64,000 bases of DNA from an uncultured bacterium. Lineage in GTDB: Bacteria > Oederibacteriota > Oederibacteriia > Oederibacteriales > Oederibacteriaceae. The position numbers and the translations under genes are program-made. Positions 50,964 through 61,326 of this stretch are shown one piece after another (position 1 is the first letter of the stretch; each line of letters starts with the position of its first letter). The notes beneath the pieces were generated by a model. That model ran no database searches. It was given only the letters and a program-made list of their open reading frames with translations, and was not told where the DNA came from. The stretch spans positions 1,632,001-1,696,000 of the forward strand of contig OZ218778.1 of assembly GCA_965112635.1 (NCBI GenBank), written 5' to 3'.

Positions 50964-52163
50964 ATGTCCAAGGCAAAATTTGAGAGGACGAAGCCGCATG
51001 TAAATATAGGGACGATAGGGCACATCGACCACGGGAAGACGACATTGACGTCAGCGATCACGAAGGTATTGGCGACGGTAGGGAAAGCGACGGCGAAGAG
51101 GTTCGATGAGATAGACAACGCGCCGGAGGAGAAAGAGCGCGGGATCACGATAGCGATAGCGCACGTAGAGTACGAGTCGGACAAGAGGCACTATGCGCAC
51201 GTAGACTGTCCCGGGCATGCGGATTACGTGAAGAACATGATCACGGGGGCGGCGCAGATGGACGGAGCGATCCTGGTGGTATCGGCAGCGGACGGACCGA
51301 TGCCGCAGACGCGGGAGCATATCTTGCTGGCGAGGCAGGTTGGGGTTCCGTATATCGTGGTTTATTTGAACAAAGTGGACATGGTGGATGACGCGGAACT
51401 GATCGACCTGGTAGAGACGGAAGTGCGGGAATTGCTGACGAAATACGGATTTCCTGGGGACAAGACGCCGATCGTGAGAGGGTCGGCTTTGAAAGCGATG
51501 GAGCACGCGTGCGGGAAAGCGGATTGTCCGCAGTGCGGGTCGATCTTCAAGCTGTTGGAAGCGGTAGACGCGTATATCCCGACGCCCAAGAGAGAGATAG
51601 ACAAGCCGTTCTTGATGTCGATCGAAGACGTATTTTCGATCACGGGTCGAGGGACGGTAGTGACGGGAAGGGTAGAGAAAGGGATCATCAAGATTGGGGA
51701 AGAGGTAGAGATCGTGGGGATCAAGGACACGGTGAAGACGGTGGTGACGGGGCTGGAGATGTTCCGGAAGCTTTTGGATGATGCGCAGGCAGGGGACAAT
51801 GTAGGGGCGTTATTGAGAGGGATAGAGAAGGACGGGGTAGAGAGGGGCCAGGTGTTAGCGAAGCCAGGGACGATCACTCCGCACAAGAAATTCAAAGGGG
51901 AAGTATACGTATTGACGAAAGAGGAAGGCGGAAGGCACACGCCGTTTTTCAATGGATACCGTCCGCAGTTTTATTTTAGGACGACGGACGTGACGGGAGT
52001 GGTGACATTGCCGAAGGGGGTCGAGATGGTGATGCCCGGGGACAATATCACGATGGATATAGAGCTGATCACGCCGATCGCGATGCAGAAGGAGCTAAGG
52101 TTCGCTATCCGAGAGGGTGGCCACACGGTCGGTTCCGGCGTTATCACTGAAGTCGTACAGTAA
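50964..52163 (+). CDS. tuf: Elongation factor Tu
   Basis: [33 protein letters not shown]. Confidence 0.99.
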   Translation: MSKAKFERTKPHVNIGTIGHIDHGKTTLTSAITKVLATVGKATAKRFDEIDNAPEEKERGITIAIAHVEYESDKRHYAHVDCPGHADYVKNMITGAAQMDGAILVVSAADGPMPQTREHILLARQVGVPYIVVYLNKVDMVDDAELIDLVETEVRELLTKYGFPGDKTPIVRGSALKAMEHACGKADCPQCGSIFKLLEAVDAYIPTPKREIDKPFLMSIEDVFSITGRGTVVTGRVEKGIIKIGEEVEIVGIKDTVKTVVTGLEMFRKLLDDAQAGDNVGALLRGIEKDGVERGQVLAKPGTITPHKKFKGEVYVLTKEEGGRHTPFFNGYRPQFYFRTTDVTGVVTLPKGVEMVMPGDNITMDIELITPIAMQKELRFAIREGGHTVGSGVITEVVQ

Positions 52164-52184
52164 AACGGGAGAGGAAGTTTTAGA

Positions 52185-52493
52185 ATGCTCAGTCAAAAGA
52201 TCAGAATAAAACTAAAAGGTTTTGATTATAAGCTCCTTGATCGCTCGGCGGGTGAGATCGCAGAGACTGTTCGGAAAACAGGGGCTAGGATATCAGGCCC
52301 TGTTCCATTACCGACGGAGAGAAGTGTTTTTACCGTTCTGCGTTCGCCACATGTTGATAAAAAGTCCAGGGAGCAATTTGAAATACGCACCCACAAAAGG
52401 CTCATTGATATTTTAGAGCCAAACCCCAAGACGGTAGACGCTCTGACAAAGTTAGACCTGCCGGCAGGGGTCGATGTTGAAATAAAACTTTAA
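52185..52493 (+). CDS. rpsJ: 30S ribosomal protein S10
   Basis: [21 protein letters not shown]. Confidence 0.99.
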   Translation: MLSQKIRIKLKGFDYKLLDRSAGEIAETVRKTGARISGPVPLPTERSVFTVLRSPHVDKKSREQFEIRTHKRLIDILEPNPKTVDALTKLDLPAGVDVEIKL

Positions 52494-52504
52494 GGAAGAA
52501 GCAA

Positions 52505-53176
52505 ATGTTAGGACTTTTGGCAAAAAAAATTGGGATGACCCACCTTTTTGATGACCAGGGCAACAGAGTGCCAGTAACAGTTTTATTGGCAGGTGGTTGT
52601 GTCGTCCAAAAGAAGTCTTTGGAAAAAGATGGATACGATGCTGTCCAGATCGGATTTGACGAAATTCCGATGAAGAAGGCAAACAAGTGTTTGAAAGGTC
52701 ATTTTGCGAAATCAAAGACCTCGGCTTTTCGGTTTCTCCGTGAATTCAGGGGTACGGATGTTAAGGAGATTCAAGAAGGCCAACAGGTTAAGGTTGATTT
52801 GTTTAAAAAAGGAGAGATGGTCGACGTCAAGGGTGTTTCCAAAGGTAAAGGTTTCCAAGGTGTTGTAAAACGTTGGCATTTCAGGGGTGGCGCTAATTCA
52901 CATGGTTCAATGTTTCACCGGGCTCCTGGTTCCATTGGTTCAAGTTCAGACCCCTCTAGGGTTTTTAAAGGCTTGAAAATGCCGGGGCATTTGGGTGCAA
53001 AGGTTATTTCGGTCCAGAATCTAAAAATCATTAAAATTGATCCGGAGAAGAACCTTTTAGCATTACAAGGAGCTGTGCCTGGGGCTAAACAGGGATATTT
53101 AATTGTGAATAGGGCAGTCAAGACAAAAGTAAAAGCTACTGTGAAGGAAAACATTACCAAGAAGGAAAAGGGTTAA
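52505..53176 (+). CDS. rplC: 50S ribosomal protein L3
   Basis: KKIGMT, SKGKGFQG, HRAPGSIG. Confidence 0.99.
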   Translation: MLGLLAKKIGMTHLFDDQGNRVPVTVLLAGGCVVQKKSLEKDGYDAVQIGFDEIPMKKANKCLKGHFAKSKTSAFRFLREFRGTDVKEIQEGQQVKVDLFKKGEMVDVKGVSKGKGFQGVVKRWHFRGGANSHGSMFHRAPGSIGSSSDPSRVFKGLKMPGHLGAKVISVQNLKIIKIDPEKNLLALQGAVPGAKQGYLIVNRAVKTKVKATVKENITKKEKG

Positions 53177-53179
53177 GCT

Positions 53180-53818
53180 ATGGAAGCACCTTTATTATCA
53201 AAGGAAGGTCAAGAAATCTCTAAATTGACTCTTGATGAAAGTATTTTTAATGCTGAGGTTAATAGAGGTATTTTGCATCAGGTTGAGCTAGCTTATCTTG
53301 CTGGTTTAAGACGAGGTACTGCAAAGACAAAGACAAGAAGTGAAGTCAGCGGGGGCGGTAAAAAGCCTTGGAAGCAAAAAGGCACCGGGCGTGCTCGGCA
53401 GGGTAGCACCCGGGCGATCCAATGGAAAGGCGGCGGCATTGCTTTTGGTCCTCAACCTCGTTCTTTCAAGCAAAATACACCTCGTAGCATGAGAAGGTTA
53501 GCATTGAAATGTGCACTTAGTGAAAAAGCCCGTGCTCAGAAAATATTAGTTTTGGAAAGCCTGCAGATAGAGAAAGCCAAGACAAGGGAGATTGTCCAGA
53601 ATTTGAAGAAACTGCCGTTAGAGGGTAAGGTGTTGATCCTCTTATCAAAATACGAAGCTAATGTTTTCAAATCCTGCAAAAATATTGCAGGAGTGCAAGC
53701 AGAAACAGTCTCAAATATCAATGTCCATGAGCTTTTAAAATGCAATCAGATCGTATTTTTAAAAGATGCTATGGACCGTTTGATATTGTCATTGAACAAT
53801 AGTCAGGAGACTAAATGA
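53180..53818 (+). CDS. rplD: 50S ribosomal protein L4
   Basis: GGGKKPWKQKGTGRARQGS. Confidence 0.99.
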   Translation: MEAPLLSKEGQEISKLTLDESIFNAEVNRGILHQVELAYLAGLRRGTAKTKTRSEVSGGGKKPWKQKGTGRARQGSTRAIQWKGGGIAFGPQPRSFKQNTPRSMRRLALKCALSEKARAQKILVLESLQIEKAKTREIVQNLKKLPLEGKVLILLSKYEANVFKSCKNIAGVQAETVSNINVHELLKCNQIVFLKDAMDRLILSLNNSQETK

Positions 53819-54102
53819 AGGACCCTACTTTAATTATTAAATCACCTGTCATTACAGAGAAGGGAACTCGTCTTAAAGAAAAAGGACAATATGTTTTTGA
53901 GGTAGATCCCGATTCAAATAAACTGGAAATCAAAAAGGCCATCGAAACTTTGTTTAAAGTCAAGGTGATGAAAGTTAGAACCATGCACGTTTTAGGTAAA
54001 GTAAAGCGTTATCGTTTTCGTGAAGGGAAGAGGCCGAATTGGAAGAAAGCGATTGCGACTTTAAAAAGTGGCGATCATATTGAATTTTTTGAGGGAGTTT
54101 AG
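53815..54102 (+). CDS. rplW: 50S ribosomal protein L23
   Basis: [21 protein letters not shown]. Confidence 0.98.
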   Translation: MKDPTLIIKSPVITEKGTRLKEKGQYVFEVDPDSNKLEIKKAIETLFKVKVMKVRTMHVLGKVKRYRFREGKRPNWKKAIATLKSGDHIEFFEGV

Positions 54103-54104
54103 CG

Positions 54105-54926
54105 ATGCCCATGAAGGGATTTAATCCAACCTCTCCTGCAGTCAGGAGCATGACTGTCTCAACTTTTGAAGAAATTACAAAAGATGTTCCTGAGAAGTCA
54201 TTGTTGGAGAAACTGTCATATAAGGCCGGACGTAACGTCTATGGCCGTATCACTTCAAGGCACCGTGGGGGCGGTCATAAAAAGATGTATCGGACTATTG
54301 ATTTTAAAAGGGATAAACGTGATATCCCGGCCAAAGTCCTTGCCATTGAGTACGATCCTTATCGGAGTGCTAGATTGGCTTTGCTCCAATATGCAGACGG
54401 TGAGAAGCGCTACATTGTAGCTCCAGTCGGATTAAATGTTGATGACATGGTCAAGGCTGGTGAGGACGCTGATATAAAACCAGGCAATGCCTTGCCGTTA
54501 CGGAATATCCCTGATGGCATCCAGATCTATAACATTGAGTTGAAAAAAGGGAAAGGTGGCCAGTTGGTCCGGGTTGCCGGCGCTACCGCTCAGCTTATGG
54601 CCAAAGAAGGACAGTATATTCAAGTGCGGCTTCCTTCTGGAGAGGTAAGGAAAATCCACCAGGAGTGTTATGCTACAGTAGGGCAGGTCGGAAATTTAGA
54701 ACATGAGAACGTTTCCCTGGGCAAGGCCGGCCGGTCAAGATGGCTAGGCAGGCGTCCACATGTCCGAGGGGCTGCAATGAACCCCTGCGACCATCCTCAT
54801 GGCGGAGGCGAGGGTAAGGCTTCTGAAGGAAGACCTCCAGTTTCACCCTGGGGACAGCAAGCTAAAGGTTTAAAAACAAGGGCCAACTTAAGTACTGAGA
54901 GACTTATAATCAAACATAGAAAATAA
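54105..54926 (+). CDS. rplB: 50S ribosomal protein L2
   Basis: [24 protein letters not shown]. Confidence 0.99.
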   Translation: MPMKGFNPTSPAVRSMTVSTFEEITKDVPEKSLLEKLSYKAGRNVYGRITSRHRGGGHKKMYRTIDFKRDKRDIPAKVLAIEYDPYRSARLALLQYADGEKRYIVAPVGLNVDDMVKAGEDADIKPGNALPLRNIPDGIQIYNIELKKGKGGQLVRVAGATAQLMAKEGQYIQVRLPSGEVRKIHQECYATVGQVGNLEHENVSLGKAGRSRWLGRRPHVRGAAMNPCDHPHGGGEGKASEGRPPVSPWGQQAKGLKTRANLSTERLIIKHRK

Positions 54927-54938
54927 AGAGAGGGTTTT

Positions 54939-55223
54939 ATGTCAAGGTCTTTAAAAAAAGGTCCCTATATTGATCAAAAAATTCTGAAAAAAATAGCCCA
55001 GATGGAAGCATCTGGAGAGAAGAAAGTGATTAAAACTTGGGCGAGGAGTTCTACCATAACGCCTGAAATGGTGGGCTTTACCTTTGCTATCCATAATGGG
55101 AGGAAATTTTTGCCAATTTATATGACAGAAAATATGGTTGGTCATAAATTAGGTGAATTTTCACCGACAAGGTTATTTAAGGCCCATGGAGCTCATACAG
55201 ATCGTTCAACTGCGTTAACTTAG
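54939..55223 (+). CDS. rpsS: 30S ribosomal protein S19
   Basis: [20 protein letters not shown]. Confidence 0.99.
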   Translation: MSRSLKKGPYIDQKILKKIAQMEASGEKKVIKTWARSSTITPEMVGFTFAIHNGRKFLPIYMTENMVGHKLGEFSPTRLFKAHGAHTDRSTALT

Positions 55224-55244
55224 AGTTGGGGGAAAGAAGCTAAA

Positions 55245-55607
55245 ATGGAATCTAGGGCAATTGCAAGATATGTTGACATTACGCCTAGAAAAGCTGGACA
55301 GGTGGCGAAGCTTGTCCGTGGAAAGACTGTGGCCGAGGCGCTAGCGATGTTAAAGTGGGTGAACAAAGCAGGAGCGCCTATACTCAGCAAAGTCATAAAG
55401 TCGAGTTTTGCCAACTTACAAAAGGAACATGTGGGAAGCAAACCGGAAGAAACCATTGTGAGCACTTTGGCCGTTGACGGTGGACCTATATTAAAGTACG
55501 CCAAAAGATTCATTCCCAGGGCTATGGGGCGCGCCAGCAAAATACATAAAAGGACTTGCCATATTACAGCGATCGTAACTGAGCAACCTCCAAAGAAAGG
55601 GAAATAG
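55245..55607 (+). CDS. rplV: 50S ribosomal protein L22
   Basis: PRKA, PRAMGRA..I.KRTCHIT. Confidence 0.98.
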   Translation: MESRAIARYVDITPRKAGQVAKLVRGKTVAEALAMLKWVNKAGAPILSKVIKSSFANLQKEHVGSKPEETIVSTLAVDGGPILKYAKRFIPRAMGRASKIHKRTCHITAIVTEQPPKKGK

Positions 55608-55613
55608 ACTCAT

Positions 55614-56522
55614 ATGGGCCAGAAGACACACCCGATAGGGTTCAGATTGGGAGTTATAAAGAATTGGAGCTCGCGCTGGTTCGCTAAAAAGAATTACCAG
55701 CAAATGTTGCATGAAGATCTTTATATAAGAAGGTATGTGAAAAAGAAACTATATCACGGGGGTATAGCCAGTATAGAAATTGAGAGAGCTGCCGACCAGG
55801 TCCGTATTAAAATTTCTGCAGCAAGACCTGGGATTATCATCGGTAAGAAGGGCAGTGAAGTGGATAATCTGAGAGTTTCACTGCAAGATTTAACCAAAAA
55901 GCAAGTGAACATTGACGTAGTGGAAGTCAAAGAACCAGAGCTTAACGCACAGCTGGTCGCGGAAAATATCGCTAGCCAGATTGAGAGAAGGGTCGCTTAT
56001 AGGCGGGCCATGAAAAAGAGCATCACCACTGCTCTGCATTTGGGATCGCAAGGAATCAAGGTATATTGCGGTGGGCGCCTGGGGGGAGCTGAAATTGCCA
56101 GGCACGAATGGTACCGAGAAGGCAGGTTACCGCTACATACCTTACGCGCTGATATTGATTTTGGGAAAGCAGAGGCGTTAACCACCTATGGATTGATTGG
56201 TATTAAAGTTTGGTTTTTTAATGGGGAAGTTTTGGGTCCAGAAAGACAGATCAGCGAAGCCACTAAGGCCCAGATTGAGCGGAAAGTTAAGGGCGCCCCA
56301 AAACGCCAACGCACTGTACGGGAAAGAGGTCCTGCAAAAGAGGGAGTAAGGGTTAGCGAGGTTCGGTTGGGTAATCAGCAACGCGTTCGATCGGCTTCCC
56401 CAGGACAAGCCACCCTTGCTGCTCCGACAAGTGCTCCAGAGGTGTCGCCAACACCTTCGGCACCGGTCGTGAAAATACCAGAACAGACAGGACCGGAGAG
56501 CGGATCAGGAGGACAAGCTTAA
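55614..56522 (+). CDS. rpsC: 30S ribosomal protein S3 with long C-terminal extension
   Basis: [33 protein letters not shown]. Confidence 0.99.
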   Translation: MGQKTHPIGFRLGVIKNWSSRWFAKKNYQQMLHEDLYIRRYVKKKLYHGGIASIEIERAADQVRIKISAARPGIIIGKKGSEVDNLRVSLQDLTKKQVNIDVVEVKEPELNAQLVAENIASQIERRVAYRRAMKKSITTALHLGSQGIKVYCGGRLGGAEIARHEWYREGRLPLHTLRADIDFGKAEALTTYGLIGIKVWFFNGEVLGPERQISEATKAQIERKVKGAPKRQRTVRERGPAKEGVRVSEVRLGNQQRVRSASPGQATLAAPTSAPEVSPTPSAPVVKIPEQTGPESGSGGQA

Positions 56523-56523
56523 G

Positions 56524-56940
56524 ATGTTAATGCTTCCGAAAAGGGTTAAGTTTAGAAAGTCTCAAAGAGGCCGCCGTAAAGGGCTATCCAAGGGTAGTCA
56601 TTGTGTTGATTTCGGGGAATATGGTTTAAAAGCCCTGGAGTGTGTATGGATGACTAACCGTCAGATTGAGGCCGCCCGTATTGCTATTACGCGTAATCTC
56701 CAGAAAGGCGGCAAAGTTTGGATCCGAGTGTTTCCTGATAAGCCGGTTTCCCAAAAGCCTGCTGAAACAAGAATGGGTAAGGGCAAGGGGAACCCGGAGT
56801 TCTGGGTGGCCGTGGTAAAACCCGGACGAGTGATGTTTGAGGTAGGCGGAACGAGCGAGGCCACAGCAAGGGAAGCCTTGGCTTTGGCTGCGCATAAGTT
56901 ACCCATCAAGACAAAGTTTGTATCCAGAAATATTTTTTAA
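56524..56940 (+). CDS. rplP: 50S ribosomal protein L16
   Basis: [15 protein letters not shown]. Confidence 0.99.
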   Translation: MLMLPKRVKFRKSQRGRRKGLSKGSHCVDFGEYGLKALECVWMTNRQIEAARIAITRNLQKGGKVWIRVFPDKPVSQKPAETRMGKGKGNPEFWVAVVKPGRVMFEVGGTSEATAREALALAAHKLPIKTKFVSRNIF

Positions 56941-56952
56941 GGAGAAGGTCGA

Positions 56953-57153
56953 ATGAAGGCTCGGGCCGTCAGAGAGTTATCTCCAGCAGAGATAACCCAA
57001 AAAATTAAAGAAGCGAACGATGCTTTATTTAAACTAAAGATACAGCACGCTGGTAAGCAATTGACAAATCCGATGAAGATCATGGCGACAAGGCGCGAGA
57101 AAGCGAGAATGATCACTATCCTTAAAGAGAAAAACGCTGTTAAGGTGAAATAG
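56953..57153 (+). CDS. rpmC: 50S ribosomal protein L29
   Basis: Position after rplP; LFKLK.Q...L.NP..I...RR..AR..T. Confidence 0.95.
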   Translation: MKARAVRELSPAEITQKIKEANDALFKLKIQHAGKQLTNPMKIMATRREKARMITILKEKNAVKVK

Positions 57154-57167
57154 GGGGCAAGGTTACT

Positions 57168-57518
57168 ATGAAAACGCGTACTAAAAGGAAAGTTCGACAA
57201 GGATTAGTCACGAGTGCTTTGCATAAGACCATTTCAGTCTCTATCAAAAGGTCTATGCAGCATCCGCTTTACAAAAAGATATTTAAAATGACCAGTATTT
57301 TTAAGGCGCATGACGAAACGAGTCAATGCCATGTGGGGGACCTTGTAGAAATTATGGAAACTAGACCCATTAGTAAAACCAAGCATTGGCGAGTTGTAGC
57401 GATCAAAGAAAAAGCCAAGGAAAAGGTTGCTTCCATTGCTGATATTGAGGGGTTGCCGGATGCCGGACAGGAAAAACCAGAGAAAGTTTCAAATTCCGAA
57501 AAGGAGAAGTCGGAATGA
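57168..57518 (+). CDS. rpsQ: 30S ribosomal protein S17
   Basis: [22 protein letters not shown]. Confidence 0.98.
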   Translation: MKTRTKRKVRQGLVTSALHKTISVSIKRSMQHPLYKKIFKMTSIFKAHDETSQCHVGDLVEIMETRPISKTKHWRVVAIKEKAKEKVASIADIEGLPDAGQEKPEKVSNSEKEKSE

Positions 57519-57883
57519 TTCAGGTTCAAACGATGCTAAATGTAGCTGATAATTCCGGCGCTAAGAAAATACAGTGTATTAAGATTTTGGGCGGCACACG
57601 GCGCCGTTATGCCTGGATTGGTGATGTCATTGTCGGGGCTGTTAAGGAAGCAGTTCCCGGTGCTCCAGTCAAAAAGAGCGATGTCGTCAAAGCTGTTATT
57701 GTTAGGACTCGCAAGGAGTTTAAGAGGCACGACGGATCTACCATTAAATTTGATGATAACGCGGCAGTCATTTTGAGTGATCAGGTAAACCCCAAGGGAA
57801 CCAGAATCTTTGGGCCGGTCACTCGCGAGCTTAGGGATAGGAATTTTATGAAGATAATTTCTTTAGCACCTGAAGTCATTTAG
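57515..57883 (+). CDS. rplN: 50S ribosomal protein L14
   Basis: [23 protein letters not shown]. Confidence 0.99.
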   Translation: MIQVQTMLNVADNSGAKKIQCIKILGGTRRRYAWIGDVIVGAVKEAVPGAPVKKSDVVKAVIVRTRKEFKRHDGSTIKFDDNAAVILSDQVNPKGTRIFGPVTRELRDRNFMKIISLAPEVI

Positions 57884-57892
57884 GAGGAGAAG

Positions 57893-58207
57893 ATGTTGTT
57901 CGTAAGGAAAGGCGATCTGGTTGTCGTCCTTGCCGGGAAAGATAAAGGTAAGCAGGGGAGAGTATTGAAAGTATTCCCGGAACCACAGAAGATTATTGTG
58001 GAAAAAATTAATTTTGGGAAGCGGCATACAAAGCCGAATCGAGAACAACAACAAGGTGGTATCGTTGAGAAAGAGATTCCTATTCCCGTTTCCAAGGTTC
58101 AAATCATTTGTGGCAAGTGCCGCAAAAACACAAGGGTAGCCTATAAGATTTTAGGTGATAAAAAAACCAGGGTTTGTAAAAATTGCGGGGAGATATTAGG
58201 CAAATGA
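57893..58207 (+). CDS. rplX: 50S ribosomal protein L24
   Basis: [17 protein letters not shown] motif. Confidence 0.98.
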   Translation: MLFVRKGDLVVVLAGKDKGKQGRVLKVFPEPQKIIVEKINFGKRHTKPNREQQQGGIVEKEIPIPVSKVQIICGKCRKNTRVAYKILGDKKTRVCKNCGEILGK

Positions 58208-58755
58208 AATCCAGACTTAGGGAAAGATATGATAAAGAGTTTGTTCCGGTGTTAATGAGCAAGTTTTCTTTAATCAACAAGTTGCAAGCTCCTAAACTTG
58301 AAAAGATTGTGATCAATTCCGGGGTCAAAGAGGCTACCGTGAATATAAAGGAGCTGGACGCCGTGGTCAATGACATCGCTTCGTTCACTGGGCAAAAGCC
58401 GCTTGTGACAAGGGCCAAGAAATCCATTTCCGCTTTTAAGATCCGGGAAGGGATGCCTATCGGTTGTAAGGTCACCCTGCGGGGCGATAAGATGTATGAG
58501 TTTTTTGATCGATTTGTCAATGCCGCGCTCCCCAGGACAAGGGATTTTAAGGGCATTGAAACAACCTCATTCGATTCCAGAGGCAATTTTTCACTGGGTT
58601 TGAAGGATTATTCGATATTTCCCGAGATCATTTTGGAGAAGGTTGAAAAGCTCCGCGGCTGCGATATAACTTTTGTGACCACCGCAAAAAATGACGAACA
58701 AGCAAGGGAACTTTTATGTTTGTTGGGTATGCCTTTTAAAAAGGAAGAAAAATAA
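58204..58755 (+). CDS. rplE: 50S ribosomal protein L5
   Basis: [24 protein letters not shown]; ATG 58204 overlaps the rplX stop. Confidence 0.98.
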   Translation: MKSRLRERYDKEFVPVLMSKFSLINKLQAPKLEKIVINSGVKEATVNIKELDAVVNDIASFTGQKPLVTRAKKSISAFKIREGMPIGCKVTLRGDKMYEFFDRFVNAALPRTRDFKGIETTSFDSRGNFSLGLKDYSIFPEIILEKVEKLRGCDITFVTTAKNDEQARELLCLLGMPFKKEEK

Positions 58756-58791
58756 ACTCTAAGTTGCATATGGTTTTATGAAGGAGTAGAA

Positions 58792-58977
58792 GTGGCAAAA
58801 AAATCATTGGTATTAAAAGCAAAAAGGACCCCTAAATATAAGGTAAGACAATATAACCGTTGCCCCTTATGTGGAAGGCCCAGGGCTTTTTTACGTAAAT
58901 TTGGAATGTGTCGTATATGTTTTAGGAACCTAGCGCTTAATGGAGAGATCCCAGGAGTCGTAAAAGCGAGCTGGTAG
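58792..58977 (+). CDS. rpsZ: 30S ribosomal protein S14, zinc-binding type Z
   Basis: 61 aa, CPLC...CRIC. Confidence 0.97.
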   Translation: MAKKSLVLKAKRTPKYKVRQYNRCPLCGRPRAFLRKFGMCRICFRNLALNGEIPGVVKASW

Positions 58978-58992
58978 TTAAAGGAGAGAGCA

Positions 58993-59388
58993 ATGACCGA
59001 CCCAATTGCAGATGCATTAACAAGGATTCGTAACGCGAACCAAAGCGCGAGCGAGGAAGTTGATATTCCCTTTTCAAATCTTAAACAGGAAGTGATGAGG
59101 ATTTTGAAGGAAGAGGGTTTCATTAAAGGTTATAAATTCATTGCAGGTGACAATAAGCAAGGAGTGCTGAGAGTGTTTTTAAAGTATGGACCGAATAAAG
59201 AAAAGATCATCAATGAAATTACGAGGGTCAGCAAAAGCGGTCTCAGGGTTTATGTGCCTAGGGAAAAGGTTCCCAAGGTTTATGGAGGATTAGGGTTAGC
59301 GATTATTTCAACTTCTAAAGGGATGCTCACGGACAAGCAGTGTAGAGCTCAAAAGGTCGGCGGCGAGGTCATTTGCACCATTTGGTAA
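58993..59388 (+). CDS. rpsH: 30S ribosomal protein S8
   Basis: DPIAD.LTRIRNA, STSKG, GGEVIC. Confidence 0.99.
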   Translation: MTDPIADALTRIRNANQSASEEVDIPFSNLKQEVMRILKEEGFIKGYKFIAGDNKQGVLRVFLKYGPNKEKIINEITRVSKSGLRVYVPREKVPKVYGGLGLAIISTSKGMLTDKQCRAQKVGGEVICTIW

Positions 59389-59401
59389 TAAGGGAGAAAA
59401 A

Positions 59402-59950
59402 ATGTCTCATGTAGGGAAAAAGCCAGTGGTCCTACCAGCAGGGGTGAAAGTGTCCTTGCAGGGGGATAAACTGTTGGTTGAGGGCCCTAAGGGGAAACTG
59501 GTTGAAAAGATCCCCGAGGTTATCAGAGCTGAGATCAAAGATAATCAGATCTTTCTTGTTGTGGGTTCGAAGGAAAAATATGCGAAAGCTTTGCATGGCT
59601 TAGTCAGGAGCAATATTGCCAACAAGGTTTTGGGGGCATCGCAGGGATTCACGAAGATCCTGTTGATTGAGGGCACGGGTTATCGAGCCAGTATTGAAAA
59701 TAGAAAATTGAACCTCCAGCTGGGATTCAGTCACCCTATAGCATTGGACGCCCCACAGGGTATTGATGTGGAAATTGAAAAGCAAACGAAGATCACAATC
59801 AAAGGGGCTGATAAACAATTGGTCGGAGGGTGGGCCGCCACCATCAGAGCTCTTAAACCTCCGGAACCTTACAAAGGCAAAGGAATCCGTTATAGTGATG
59901 AAGTTATTAGAAAGAAAGCCGGTAAGGCAGCTGTCAAGCAGACGACTTAA
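59402..59950 (+). CDS. rplF: 50S ribosomal protein L6
   Basis: GPKGKL, PPEPYKGKGIRY. Confidence 0.99.
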   Translation: MSHVGKKPVVLPAGVKVSLQGDKLLVEGPKGKLVEKIPEVIRAEIKDNQIFLVVGSKEKYAKALHGLVRSNIANKVLGASQGFTKILLIEGTGYRASIENRKLNLQLGFSHPIALDAPQGIDVEIEKQTKITIKGADKQLVGGWAATIRALKPPEPYKGKGIRYSDEVIRKKAGKAAVKQTT

Positions 59951-59968
59951 GGAAAAGAGGAGATTGAT

Positions 59969-60337
59969 TTGATCCAGAAAGGGTCCAAGAAAATAGGGCG
60001 TGATAAAAGGCACAGGCGTATCAGGCGCAAAGTAAGTGGTACTGCCAGCAGGCCACGATTGAGTGTGTCAAAAAGCCTAAAGCATATATGTGCGCAGCTC
60101 ATTAATGATGATAATGGGCAGAGTTTGCTTTTGGTTTCCTCTTTATCGCCAGAATGCAGGGAAAAGTTAAAGAATGGTGGAAATGTCCAGGCGGCCAAAG
60201 CAGTAGGGGAACAGGTTGCCATCAAAGCCAAGAAGCTAGGTATCGAAAAAGTAGTTTTTGATAGAGGCGGTAATCTCTATCATGGCCGCATCCAGGCTCT
60301 AGCCGAGGCGGCTAGAGGCGCGGGTTTAAGTTTCTAA
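59969..60337 (+). CDS. rplR: 50S ribosomal protein L18
   Basis: RPRLSV, VVFDRGG.LYHGR. Confidence 0.98.
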   Translation: MIQKGSKKIGRDKRHRRIRRKVSGTASRPRLSVSKSLKHICAQLINDDNGQSLLLVSSLSPECREKLKNGGNVQAAKAVGEQVAIKAKKLGIEKVVFDRGGNLYHGRIQALAEAARGAGLSF

Positions 60338-60361
60338 AACTATCAAAAGAGAGGTTGAGGA

Positions 60362-60880
60362 TTGGTTAAACAAATAGACCCTGAACAGTTAGACCTTAAA
60401 GAAAAGGTCATCCATGTGAGCCGCGTTGCCAAGGTCGTCAAGGGTGGTAAGCGGTTCAGTTTTAGCGCCCTTGTTGTAGTTGGTGACGGGCATGGATATG
60501 TTGGAGTCGGCTTAGGAAAAGACAATGAAGTACCTGAGGCTATCAAAAAAGGTGTAGAAGACGGCAAGAAAAACTTGTTATGTGTTCCTATGCGAGGTAG
60601 TTCAATCCCCCAACAGATCGAAGGCCATTTCGGTGCCTCCAAAGTCTTTTTAAAGCCAGCCACAGAGGGCACAGGAGTCATTGCAGGAGGGTCTGTGCGT
60701 GCCATCATGGAAGCTGCTGGAGTCCATGATATTTTGACCAAATCCTATGGCACTAGCAATCCTCACAACGTGGTAAGGGCCACTCTGGCTGCTTTGAGAA
60801 AGCTAATTTCGGCCGAAGAAGTGTCTAAATTGAGAGGCAAGGCCGTTGAGGAAATGAACGTGGCAGGGGAAAAAGCATGA
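60362..60880 (+). CDS. rpsE: 30S ribosomal protein S5
   Basis: [22 protein letters not shown]. Confidence 0.99.
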   Translation: MVKQIDPEQLDLKEKVIHVSRVAKVVKGGKRFSFSALVVVGDGHGYVGVGLGKDNEVPEAIKKGVEDGKKNLLCVPMRGSSIPQQIEGHFGASKVFLKPATEGTGVIAGGSVRAIMEAAGVHDILTKSYGTSNPHNVVRATLAALRKLISAEEVSKLRGKAVEEMNVAGEKA

Positions 60881-61326
60881 AATTATCCGAATTAAAACCC
60901 ATAGAGGGTAGCCACAAAAAGTTTAAAAGAGTCGGGAGAGGAAGGGGCTCGGGACGAGGAAAGACTTCGAGCCGGGGACAGAAAGGCCAAAATGCCCGGA
61001 CCGGTGGAGGTGTAGGCAATAGTTTTGAGGGTGGCCAGATGCCCCTGATTCGGCGAATCCCTAAGAGGGGTTTTAAGCCGATCCGAAAAGTAGAATGGGA
61101 GATCCTTTCTGTTGAGCAACTCGGTATTTTACCTGCACAAGCCGAAATCACACCTCAAAAACTTCTAGAAGCTGGTTTGATCAGGAACCTTAATCGACCT
61201 GTCAAGCTATTGGGTGATGGGAAGGTTGATAAAAGATTTTCTGTCAAGATACACGGAATCACTAAGAGCGCCAAGGAGAAGATCGAAAAAGCCGGGGGAA
61301 GTGTCGAGGTTTTAAAGCATGATTGA
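60877..61326 (+). CDS. rplO: 50S ribosomal protein L15
   Basis: [27 protein letters not shown]. Confidence 0.99.
   Translation: MKLSELKPIEGSHKKFKRVGRGRGSGRGKTSSRGQKGQNARTGGGVGNSFEGGQMPLIRRIPKRGFKPIRKVEWEILSVEQLGILPAQAEITPQKLLEAGLIRNLNRPVKLLGDGKVDKRFSVKIHGITKSAKEKIEKAGGSVEVLKHD

Noticed and set aside
51051-51952. Long antisense and alternative-frame ORFs over tuf (and similar ones over res, the IS, rpoB and GH4)
   Set aside because: Shadow ORFs from codon bias; no motifs or SD
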